From assembly GCA_010909165.1 (NCBI GenBank), contig VJWM01000011.1, positions 620,001 to 684,000 of the forward strand: a stretch of DNA of 64,000 bases. The letters are read 5' to 3'. The notes under the pieces are model-generated. The model searched no databases and had not been told where the DNA came from. It saw only the letters and a list, made by a program, of their open reading frames with translations. Shown piece after piece: positions 49,029 to 59,703 of this stretch. This DNA is from Anthoceros angustus (lineage: Eukaryota > Plantae > Anthocerotophyta). A program made the translations under genes and the position numbers. Each line of letters opens with the position of its first letter. The stretch's first letter is position 1.

Positions 49029-50243
49029 TCAGAGCGCAAAGGAGGGCTTTCGTCTTGCGGACCTGGAGAATCTGGCAGGGTCGAAGGGAGTGAGATCCAC
49101 GGTGCTGGCAGCGCCTTCTGCGATGAGCTCGGACAGGGAGGCCCCGGTGGCCGGACCGTTGAGGATGCCCCAGCAGCTGTGGCCTGTTCCCACGAAAAGC
49201 CCGTCCACGCCGGGGATTCTTCCGATCAGCGGGAGCCCGTCCTGGGAGCAAGGGAGGAAGCAGGCTTGCTCTACCACGACCTCTGCTCCGGCCAGCTTGC
49301 TCGAGACGGTGGACGCCACTCTGTGGAGCATCTGCAGGGACTCCGGCTTCGGACGGATTTGGTCAGGGTCGTCCGGGACGGCGACCTCCTCCGACATCCC
49401 GCACACGTACACCTCTCCGCTGCCTCGAGGGTATATCTCCGGCTCCAGCGTCTGGCCTTCCTTGGTTTTGTAGCCGAGGAACAGGCAGTGCGCGGAGATG
49501 GCGTCCGGCTGCTGCGGGAAGAGCACCACGCTGTGCGCCTTGAGCCCCGAGATGGTGGTGAGCCGGGACAGCAGCTCCATCTTCCCCGACCAGGGCCCCA
49601 CGGCCAGCACAACGCCGTCGGCTGCCAAGAAGCTTTCTTGCCCGTCCCTTGCTGTGATCACCACTCCCGCAGCCCTAGCATTCGAGGAGGATGAGGAGGA
49701 GGAGTCCGAGGTCTGGCCATGGTGGAGCTTGATCTCCTTCACCTCCCCGAAGACGAGCTGTGCCCCGAATTTCTCCACAGCCGTGTCTAGGACCTTCCTG
49801 GTGAAGAGCTGCGGGTGCACTTGCGCGTTGGTCTCCGGAGTCCCGATCACGCCAACCTTTTTTACCACAGGCCCGTCCACCCACGCAGGCAGGGAGCCGC
49901 TGGTGCTGGTGCCGGAGCCGGAACTCCTCGACTCCTGGATGCTGACGCTGAGAGCTCCGACCCGCCGGTACCCATAGCTCTCCGCTCCCCCGAGCTCCTC
50001 CGCGAGCTGCTCGTGCAGCCGGAAGCTCGCTCGGGCGAGCTTCCCTACAGGTCCCGAGTCGCACCAGTCCAGCGCCAGGAATCCGCCTGCCTTCCCCGAT
50101 GCCGCGCAGGCCACGCTGCACTTCTCCACCACCGTCACCCGCACTCCCTTCTGCGCCAGGAAGTAGGCCGTACAGGCTCCGATCACTCCCGCCCCACACA
50201 CCACCACGCTCTCTGCCTTCGCCTCTTCCTTTGCATTCGCCAT
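49029..50243 (-). CDS. FAD-dependent oxidoreductase, DAO family (TDA3-like); intronless
   Basis: VVVCGAGVIGACTAYFL, VEK..VACAASGKAGGFLA, AQVHP, QACFLP...DGLPLIG, TGHSCWGILNGPATG. Confidence 0.9.
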   Translation of the reverse strand: MANAKEEAKAESVVVCGAGVIGACTAYFLAQKGVRVTVVEKCSVACAASGKAGGFLALDWCDSGPVGKLARASFRLHEQLAEELGGAESYGYRRVGALSVSIQESRSSGSGTSTSGSLPAWVDGPVVKKVGVIGTPETNAQVHPQLFTRKVLDTAVEKFGAQLVFGEVKEIKLHHGQTSDSSSSSSSNARAAGVVITARDGQESFLAADGVVLAVGPWSGKMELLSRLTTISGLKAHSVVLFPQQPDAISAHCLFLGYKTKEGQTLEPEIYPRGSGEVYVCGMSEEVAVPDDPDQIRPKPESLQMLHRVASTVSSKLAGAEVVVEQACFLPCSQDGLPLIGRIPGVDGLFVGTGHSCWGILNGPATGASLSELIAEGAASTVDLTPFDPARFSRSARRKPSFAL

Positions 50244-50588
50244 GGCCGACGCACCCCTTCTTCGTCTTCCTCTTCCGAGTCTTGCTCTTCCGCACCTGAA
50301 CTCTGCTGCGGTTGCTCCACACCGCGGGTTCCAAGCCACGGCAACACGCAAGCTGCTCATCTCGCCCCAACGCCCCCCGGGTTGCATGCGCTGCGGCTGG
50401 CCCGGCATCCGGGTCACGATACTCTCACCGGATCTGTCTTCGTGTCCTCGTACCTCGCTGCCAGTTCATCACTTTCTATCTCCCATCACGGTAGACCTTG
50501 GGCCCCGGAGGATGAATCCGGCGACCCCGTAGTTGTAAGTGCGAAACTGCTTAAATTAAAACATTTTGGCTCTTCTTCACATCTTTGA

Positions 50589-50673
50589 GTTGCATACAGG
50601 TTTGGCACCTAGGACCTTCAAGGTAATAACACCTAGGACCTTCATGGCGCTCTAACCAACTGAGCTAATGCAC
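50589..50673 (-). pseudogene. tRNA-like relic (Ile/Asn-like pseudogene or SINE head) with a 13-bp internal duplication
   Basis: Minus strand TGCAT-TAGCTCAGTTGGTTAGAGCG (intact A box)...AAGGTCCTAGGTG twice...degenerate B box GGTGCCAAACC...ATGCA acceptor complement. Confidence 0.6.
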
Positions 50674-50929
50674 GTTTTTTTTTCATAGCCAATCCACCAT
50701 TGCAAATTTAACCTTTTTTCATAGCCATTGCACCACTGTAAATTTAGAGTCTTTTCATAGCAAATACACCGCTGATCCCTTTGAAACATGTATAGAAGAT
50801 GAGTGCTCACTTGAAATTTTATGAGTATCAGAAGTTTCTTCAGCAACATTTTCTACTTCTTTTTACATTTAGCCCGTTGATCCTTTTACAATACATGAGA
50901 GATTAGCGTTGAATCAATAGTTTTATTCA

Positions 50930-53460
50930 GGGAAAAAAGTTGATGGGAGAAGCCCATCCAGCATAGGACAACTAAGAGGGACCTTGAGGGTCGAGGTGAA
51001 AAGGAGCAACTAAGCTCCCTACCAGAAGTTACCGACTATGCCTACGGTATCATACACTGGAAGAAGTTGATGGGAGAAGCCCATCCAGCATAGGACAACT
51101 AAGAGGGACCTTGAGGGTCGAGGTGAAAAGGAGCAACTAAGCTCCCTACCAGAAGTTACCGACTATGCCTACGGTATCATACACTGGAAGAGAACCTACA
51201 AACTACAGAGGTAGAGGAGGACGCGTCACCTGTTGTCGCTGCTTTATGGAAGATCGCCATAGAGAGGGCCTGTTGAAGAGTAGTTGATACTCGCTGTCTG
51301 AAGAATGCCATAAAGTAGGAGAGGGAAAGCCCTACACCATGCCTGCGGGCATGATAACCCTTGGCACAGGACTTGAGAAAGGTATCAAAGTACTTAGCCA
51401 ATGCCCTAGCTATATGTTTCAAGGGCAAGCGGAATGAATTGGTGGCTCGCTTGCATCTTGCTATATTTCTTGACTTTGATAGCCGCCGCTCTGACAACAT
51501 CCCAACCTGGAGGGTTAGTGATAACCTGTGTAGAGATGGTGTCACGCGTAGGGTTAGTGACCACTATTGAAACCTGTGCGAAGAGTGTACCCCACTCCTC
51601 CCGGCATGTAGCCACTTTCGCAAGCAATGACGAACATGATATCGCGGATGCTGTCATGGGTGTAAATGCAATGACCCCCATGGGGACAATGAGCTAGTTG
51701 TTTCCCGAAGTCATTGAGGGCTGAGCCGCACTCGCAGGTAAGGAGGGAGGAAGCCACAGGTTGGAGTAGGCCAAGACGGAATCGCATCGCAATAGAGAAA
51801 GTGGTTGGTGCGTTGTGAAAGCCTTGTATACATGGACGAGCTAGTAGTTAGGCAACTGCGCCCTTCCTAGAGCAAGAGCGAAGCCGAACTCTTATGGACT
51901 TGGGGATGGAGGCTTAGGAGTCCATGAGGACGAGGAAAGCCCTACACCATGCTGCGCATGATAACCCTTGGCACGGACTTGAGAAAGGTATCAAAGTACT
52001 TAGCCAATGCCCTAGCTATATGTTTCAAGGGCAAGCGGAATGAATTGGTGGCTCGCTTGCATCTTGCTATATTTCTTGACTTTGATAGCCGCCGCTCTGA
52101 CAACATCCCAACCTGGAGGGTTAGTGATAACCTGTGTAGAGATGGTGTCACGCGTAGGGTTAGTGACCACTATTGAAACCTGTACGAAGAGTGTACCCCC
52201 ACTCCCTCCCGGGCATGTAGCCACTTTCGCAAGCAATGACGAACATGATATCGCGGATGCTGTCATGGGTGTAAATGCAATGACCCCCATGGGGACAATG
52301 AGCTAGTTGTTTCCCGAAGTCATTGAGGGCTGAGCCGCACTCGCAGGTAAGGAGGGAGGAAGCCACAGGTTGGAGTAGGCCAAGGCAGATCGCATCGCAA
52401 TAGAGAAAGTGGTTGGTGCGTTGTGAAAGCCTTGTATACATGGACGAGCTAGTAGTTAGGCAACTGCGCCCTTCCTAGAGCAAGAGCGAAGCCGAACTCT
52501 TATGGACTTGGGGATGGAGGCTTAGGAGTCCATGAGGACGGACAGGAAAGCCTGACCAAGCTGCTTCTCAAGTAGGGATGCCTGCAGACTTCTGAAACCA
52601 TCTGTGATGAATGTCATAAAGGGAGGGAAGTTGTGTCGCACATCAGCCAATAACATATGCCTAGCCAGCCTTAGGGATACTTGGAGAGGGAAAGTTCCCT
52701 CCTCCATTCCTGATACAAAATCCTCCAGAAAAAGGCCTGTCCTAGAGGATGAAGTGGGAGGCCAAAGCAGGGGCAAAGAGGGCCTAGCTGCCCAAGAACG
52801 CTGCTAGGGAAAATACCTCCAGTGATAGCAAACTTGTTCCTCCAAATTGCACTAGCATGGATGCTTGCTAGCGGGTAAGATCGCCTGCAAGGCACTCGAA
52901 AGCCATAGGGCCCATGATGTCACCAAGAGTGTCCATGATCTTCCTCTCAAACCCTTATTGCCGGGACAAACGCACTGAAGACGGGGACAACGTGTGGATG
53001 AGGTAACGAGGACGCTTACCAAAAAAAGAGGAAAGTATATCAAAGGCCACTTGTGCATCCTCTAACAATGAGAGGTCCTCGATGTGGGAGAGGTCTTCCG
53101 TGAGAGCTTGGTCGAGGAAGCTCCTAGGCCTGAGGATGGCCTAGGAGCTTCCTCCTATCCCTAGGCCCGAGGATGTGAGAGTCGTCTGCCAAAGAAGGAG
53201 GGAAAGACACAGTCACCTGTTGAGGAGGCAACCTTGGATAGAGCACTGTAGTGAACGATGGTGAAGAGAGCACCGCCCATGGGGTCGCCTTGCTTGGTAC
53301 CTGTGGCTGACTCCAAGATAGAGACGGCAAATCCCAATGACACGTTCTGTGCTGATAATAGAGGTTGGAGGACCTCCCGTAAAAGCATCTCACAAAAGGG
53401 ATGAGGCTCCCGAAGACGCCGTTAGCGTCCCTAAGCTCCTCAAAGATGATGTCTCTAGAG
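50930..53460 (-). mobile_element. 5'-truncated CRE-clade non-LTR retrotransposon (RT, CCHC and restriction-like endonuclease), with internal duplications
   Basis: RDIIFEELRD...LIPFVRCFYG, SATGTKQGDPMG, PSLADDSHILGP (RT); CECGSALNDFGKQLAHCPHGG...THDSIRD (Zn); VVTNP...AAAIKVKKY...FIPLALETY (RLE); duplications 51321-51932/51933-52540 and 50937-51063/51064-51190. Confidence 0.85.
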
Positions 53461-53899
53461 AGTTGAGTTGAATTGAGTTTCTATGAGTATCCAAATCTTG
53501 TTCAACCACATTTTCTACTTCTTAAATTTAACCCGCTGATCGTGACATAGTTTATCCATGGATATTAGTTTATCTTCAGTACTCTAAACTGAACTATCAC
53601 ATCTTCTCATAAAATTTAACCCCAAAGTAGAGAGAAGTGCATCATAGTGTGTCCCAAAAGTACATAAAAGATTAGCAATAGGCCCTACACAATTATCAAG
53701 CTATCCCAGAATCACTGACAAATTGCTTCGAGCTAGTTTGAGGCTTGCTAACAAAACGCTAGACAACTTCATAGGGTTTGTACTTGGGTGGAAGTATAAT
53801 TTAATATGTTAGGTGACATTATGTTAAGTTAGTGGTACTTCGTATTGAAAGGTCCAAGGGCTGACTCCAAGAACCAATGGCAGGTCCCAGAGCAAGCCT

Positions 53900-54100
53900 A
53901 AGCCAGGGCCTAGGCTTTCTAGAAAAAGGAGGAGAACAAGATGATATTTTAAGGAGGTCTAGGCCTAGGCCTTCAAGGAAAAGGAGGAGAACATGAGGAG
54001 AACATGATGATATTTTAAAGTAGGCCTGGGCCTAGGCCTTGAAGGGAATGGAGGAGAACAAGATGTTTCAAGGAGGTCAAGACAAGATGAAGTTGAAGGG
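53900..54100. repeat. ~55-bp degenerate tandem repeat
   Basis: Recurring GGCCTAGGC(C/T)TT...GGAGGAGAACA(A/T)GA...ATATTTTAA. Confidence 0.65.
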
Positions 54101-55041
54101 AATGTCGGGCAACGCGGACTCCATTACCTTGGAATAGTAGACATGTCACTGAGTATTCGCATCGTAAAGCATTGAAAAAATTTGAAGAAATGGGTTTGCA
54201 GCATCCGTGCTCCCACTTCGGACAATTTCAAGGTTGAAGTATTATGATCTCACCATTTGTCATATGACCTATGGCCAGTTGTCCTCGGATGACGGATACA
54301 TCCATGTGGGCACAAGGCTATAGGTGATGTTGTGGAAGAATTCTGGAAGCAAATTCTCTTATATGAAGAAGAAGAAGAAGAAGAAGAATTTTGTTTAAGT
54401 CCACTAAGGACGGATTTCCGTCATGGGACTTGTACTTAACAACATATGGCTGCCCAAATCCGTCATGGGACTTGGTACTTAACAACATATAGCTGCCCGT
54501 GTGACGGCAACATTACACACAACTACGAAGAAGAAAATCCGTAAGCAAATCCGATTTCGATGGCATTGCTTGCGGACGGGATTCATTCTGTGTGAATGAG
54601 AGATCGAAGCACATCCGAGGATGCCCGTCGCTCCAAGCCTGGAGAAACGGGAAGTGTTTCGGATGCAGGGGAGACGTGTGCGGCGGGTATCTGTGCGTGG
54701 GCCAAGCTTGGAATAGTACCTCGTAGATGCCAATTCGGTATTAAGCTGCTGTTCTTTGACATGAGCGGCGCAAGCTTGTCTTCGGTGGTGCACCTATTAT
54801 GTCCCTCTGCCTCGGCTATGCCGCGCCCCTAGCGGGCCCTCTCGGCAGGCCACTCCCTCCCAATTCCCATGGCATGAAGCAAATCTGGTCAAGTGCACAG
54901 AACCGCTGCCGCTGCCGTGGCCCTGGCCCTTGCCACTGCGTGTGCTCGGCGGGCAAGGGAGGTTCCGCTGACAGCGCGCACCTGAGGGCGGGTCGGGCGG
55001 ACGCTCTCGCCGGCGCCCCGGCATTGCAACGGGGTCCCACA

Positions 55042-56002
55042 ATGACTGTGACGACCAAGAAGAGCAGCAGCCAAAATGAGGGAGTGAAGCTGCTGCTCAC
55101 CTTGGTCATAATCGAGCAGGACGGCAGGTTGCTGCTCGGCATGAAGAAACGAGGGTAACGCGATTTGGCCATGCTGCTTGTCTGCTCCCATGCTCCAAAC
55201 ACGTCAGTTGGGACGAGGGAGGCTGACGGTGCCTCCGCCTGTTGGCAAGATTTGGTGAGGGCTTCTACAATGGGTTCGGTGGCAAGGTGGAAGCGGGGGA
55301 AACAATTGAGGAGGCAGCGGCAAGGGAGGTGCGGATTTGGATCTGTCGGATTTCGTTTCTCTTGTCTTGTTTTGCTCTCCAAACCAGTTCTGCAACGGCG
55401 TTCTGTTGGCAGCTCGAGGAGGAAGCCGGGATTGCCGCCGTTGAGATGGTTAAACGAGGCATCCTGACCTTTCACTTTGATGATAAGCCTGTGCCTTGGG
55501 AGGTATTGCTCTTGATCGTGTGATGAAATGGTTATGTCAATGCCTGTGTTGTCACTCTAGGTCATGACGCTCCCACATGTGTCTCTGTAGGTGCATGTGT
55601 TCCATGTGCGGGAGTTCACTGGTGAACCCTGCGAGACCGAGGAGATGTCTCCCATCTGGTTTTCCTTAGCAGATATTCCTTACGGTGCGTTGATCCACAC
55701 GCTTGTGCTGGAACCACCCATATGTACCACATTTCTCTCACCGTAGTATGTATGTATGTATGTATGTATGTATGTATGTGTGGATCCAGATAAGATGTGG
55801 AAGGATGACGTTATTTGGTACCCGCCATTCCTGAAAGGTGAGCATTTGTTTCTCCTTGTGCGGTAGGGAATAGAGTTTGTCAAGTTCGTGTCTTCACAGC
55901 CTGAGGTGCGTTTACTTTGCAGGTCACTGCTTCCGCGGAGAATTCTTTTTCCAGACTCGTGAGTTGATTTCCCACTCTCTGCAGATAGTTCCTGTCCTGT
56001 AA
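55042..56002 (+). CDS. Nudix hydrolase of the MTH1/NUDT1 type (8-oxo-dGTP sanitiser), 6 exons
   Basis: LLTLVII...LLLGMKKR|GFG.GFYNGFGGKVEAGETIEEAAARE|LEEEAG...|VHVF...EEMSPIWF...IPY|DKMWKDD..WYP; (TATG)n in an intron; an upstream transit peptide is possible. Confidence 0.88.
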
Positions 56003-57018
56003 CACAGCGACGCCCCTCTCTTCACATTTCTCCTCGTCGGGACAGTTCCCACCAAGAATCTGTGAGCAAAGCTGCTGCCCATGGTCTAAGTAGAAGCCCA
56101 GCAGAACAACTTCGGAGCTTTGGTTGGCGCTCACGTTGTAGCTTCTTGTGCTTTGCGCTTAGCGGATCTGGTGGTCGCTCTTGTAATTTTTTGACGAAGT
56201 AAACTTCAATTCAAGTGCTCTGGAAAACACAAACCGATCGGTTTCTGAGGCACTCTGAATCATCCAACGAGGAATCTGGCGATTCGTTGAGCTTCGCCTG
56301 CCGTTTCTGTGGGTACGATAGTCTGAATGTTTCTACCGATCTGTTGGCACAGGAGAGAGGTACCTATAGGTACATAGAAATACAGTTTTGTCATGTGTAA
56401 TAACTTTACAATTTGTCTGCATCTATGCCCAAAGTGTCGTGTCGACTCAATGTCGTATGGACAGGCGTTCTAGGCACTCTGACATTCACTTGGAACCCTT
56501 TCCACGAAAAAGAATTCATTACACCTGAATCAAGGTAAATATGACAGAGATCCGGAGGGAGTAGACTCCGTCACCTAGAGGTAAAACCCTTTGGGCTTCT
56601 CTTCCATAACAGAAGACGGGCCCCTTTGCCCCGTTGTACAAACTCAAAGGTGAGCCCACAACGGACTGCCGGTTTATGGCAGACTCCAGCCTGTTTTCTG
56701 AGTCAGGTGTGAAACAACACCACACGAAGGGCCGGGCGTTCTAGTTGCCCTGGGTTCAAGCTCATGAAAACCCACCCTAAGTTCCCCGAGCGCCGAGAGG
56801 TACCCACTTTTGTTCTTGGCACATGACTCCTCTTTCTGCGTGGCTTTTAACGCCATGGTCATGCGCTCACTTGAACACCTGATCACTTCACCTATATATC
56901 CACTCTACATATTGGTACCTGTTCCAGATATCTTCGTGACAAACAAGTCCCAGAGGATCGTTGAGCACAGGTGGGAACTTTTTGTCAAAAGTGACATGGT
57001 GCCACTGTCCCTGGTTCC

Positions 57019-58992
57019 TCAAGTCGGCAACTCGATAAGTCTGTCTAAATCAGGTGTGAATATCACGCGCTGTTTTACATCCCCTATGAAGCAGCACATG
57101 TTCGATTCGGCATTCACTGCAGCAAGTTCCTGAGAGAACACGCACTCTGCACCTGGAGAAGCCTGCATGCATCATCCAGCCAAGGTTATACAAAGCACTA
57201 TAAGAACATGACATGAAGCAAGGGCAGTCTCATAGATCTCACATCCAGTATAACGTTCCCAATCTTCAACTTCACGGCTCCACTCTTGTACACAAGTAGC
57301 TTCCCCATCAGGCCCTCGGGCATTTTGTCCAAGGTAGTGTTAAGGTCGGAGCTGCCGCTGGGAGAACCCTCCGACCCACCAAAAGGTAATGTTGATGGGA
57401 TCTGGAAGAACATAAGTCTATCCTCCTCATGTTTTGTCTACATGCAAAAAGCAAAGGCTGTTAAAGAAAGCAGAAAGTTGCTGAAGAACGTTTTGCAGTC
57501 AAGCAGATTGGGAGAAGAACATGCATCACACCAAAAGGGACAGCTCTTCCGCAGGATTTACAACATCCTCCTCAAGGTCCATGGCAGAAGCTTCACCAAA
57601 CTCCTGCGCATCCAGATCCTCTTCACAAGATTGGAAAAAAACCATCAGTTTAGGGCTCTATGATGGCAAGACTGTCTGCAGATCTGAAGATTGATTGTGA
57701 TGGGATACCTTTTCTGCCTGAGAATGGCTCTCGTAGAGGAAGAACTGTTGGATAGTACTGAGAGTAATCCTGAAGCAAGACAGAGTTGCTTAGATATGTG
57801 CTACGGCAGCAGGGAACTAACTTTCCTGGAGGCTTGCAAAGTGTGTGAAGTACCAGAGAATCATCATTGGGTCTCCTCTTTGGAATTTCTGGTTTCTCGT
57901 CCGAAAACTGAAACCCTGCAAGGACGCACAGTTGAAGAGACTTTAAAGCACTCACCAACAGACTGCTGCATCAATAACTTGCTGAAGAATCAAGCAAATG
58001 AGCAGCTCTACCTTCTCGTTTCACGCCATGTACCCCACTGCCCCCGCCAGATCCACCACCTCCTCCACCTCCTCCTCCACCACCACCTCCTCCACCTCCA
58101 CCTCCACCTCCACCTCCACCTCCTCCTTTACTTGTCCCCAGGAATCCCTTCCTTGCTTGACCAGCTGCAGGTCTAGCAGTGGTGCTTGTGCCATAGCCAA
58201 AAGCTACTCGGGCTGGCACCCCACCTGTTGGTAGCGGAACACACCCGCACCACATCCCGCACCTGGTAAGACCCATGACTTTCGTGCAAGAAACAGCTTG
58301 AGGACAAACCAATTGCAGAATTCAACAATATCTTACCCTTCTGATCCCGCCTCCCTCTTGGATCGAGCGCACTCTCCTGCAAACCCACACAAAATGCTGC
58401 TCAATAAAAGGGAACTTGACTGAGTCGGAGCAGACAACTACTGAAGACTTTAAACTAGAGACCTTTATAAGCTTCTGCAAATCAGCTGAAAGCTCCGCAT
58501 CACCAGCTCCAGACTCTCTGCAAACAACGCCTACTCGTGTCACAAAAGGCTCGGCAAGTCCTCTATCATTTCCTCGGCAAGTCCAGGAGACTTGGACTAG
58601 AAAAATCCCCTGAAGAAAATGATCCCCCAAGCCTAACACAAACCTAAAGCAAACCCATACACTACCATCTACTCCAAATCCAAAGCCAGAAAGCACTGCT
58701 CACTTCTTAATATCCGCAAGCTTCTTCAGCCTTCGAGCAGGCACCTTCGGCTCAAATTTCGTCTGTCAACACACCAGCCGGACATGAGAAACATGACCAC
58801 CGTGAGCCAGCCCCAAGCACACGCTCCAAAATCACCAAAAACAAGAGAAGAAAACTCCAAATTGCAACCAAGGTGGCCTCCGAGCGAATCCACGGATCAT
58901 ACCTTGCGCACACCTCCGGTCGTGAAGCCTCCAGGAGGCTTTGGTGCCGAACCGGACTTGTCCCCGTCCCCGCCTCTCGACGCCTCAGCCAT
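57019..58992 (-). CDS. NRPC4: RNA polymerase III subunit RPC4 (RPC53/POLR3D), multi-exon
   Basis: KFEPKVPARR, YYPTVLPLREP, FFQIP, EGLMGKLLVYKSGAVKLKIGNVILDV|.SPG.EC.F.QE...IGDVKQRVIFTPD; poly-Gly tract at ~58050-58125. Confidence 0.88.
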
Positions 58993-59703
58993 GGTCGCAC
59001 CACCAGCAAAAGCTAAACGGATACGGCGAGGCCCTACTCGTTGGCTGTTAGCAGGGCCCGCTGTTATGTTAGTAGGGTTCGTTCTTGTGTGACTTGGCCA
59101 CCTCCAGGTGGGGTCCTGCCTACATATATAGGTTGTCTACCTGGTGACGAATTTTAATCAGACTGTACACTGGATACTCTTAGGAACGGACAGCATTTGG
59201 TGCCTGCGCTGAGGCTTGGAGTTGGCGTCGGCAGCTGAGCGCAATCGGGGCGGCTGCGGTAAATGCTGGGAAACTACGGATTGCTTAACTGAATTGCTGA
59301 ATTCTGCTTCCATTCTGTAGGCTGGTGTGTGTGACGCTGCGGTGCCTGTGCGGAGAACATCCTCTAGCTGGACACCGCAGATTACTGGAATTCCAGGAGA
59401 AGCAATTCTGGCAGTTTTGCAAATTTCCAACTTTGGCGTGGATCGTTGTGAATCCCTGCTTTACTGGCTGCGGTTTGGTGTCCTGTCAGTCGAGAGCAGG
59501 GTTTGATTGTGGTTGACTGAGTTTATTGCTAACGCTGGTTGCAAACCGTGTTGTCACAATCTGGATTTTGCGATTCCTGCTGCTTGAAAAAGGTTGGATC
59601 CCTCCTGGGAGTTGTGGAGCTGGTGGAGCGGAATCTCCTGCATTCTTCTTATGTCTCGTGTTGTTGCTTAGGGAGAGGAAGGTGTGCGGCCGAGCTCTCC
59701 GCC

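Noticed and set aside
48033-49694. 553-aa and 422-aa plus-strand ORFs and several minus-strand repeat ORFs
   Set aside because: They stay open only because the minisatellite lacks stops and the rest is antisense to the oxidoreductase
58050-58125. (GGAGGT)n poly-Gly tract in RPC4 and the (GAA)n and (TATG)n microsatellites
   Set aside because: Ordinary low-complexity sequence
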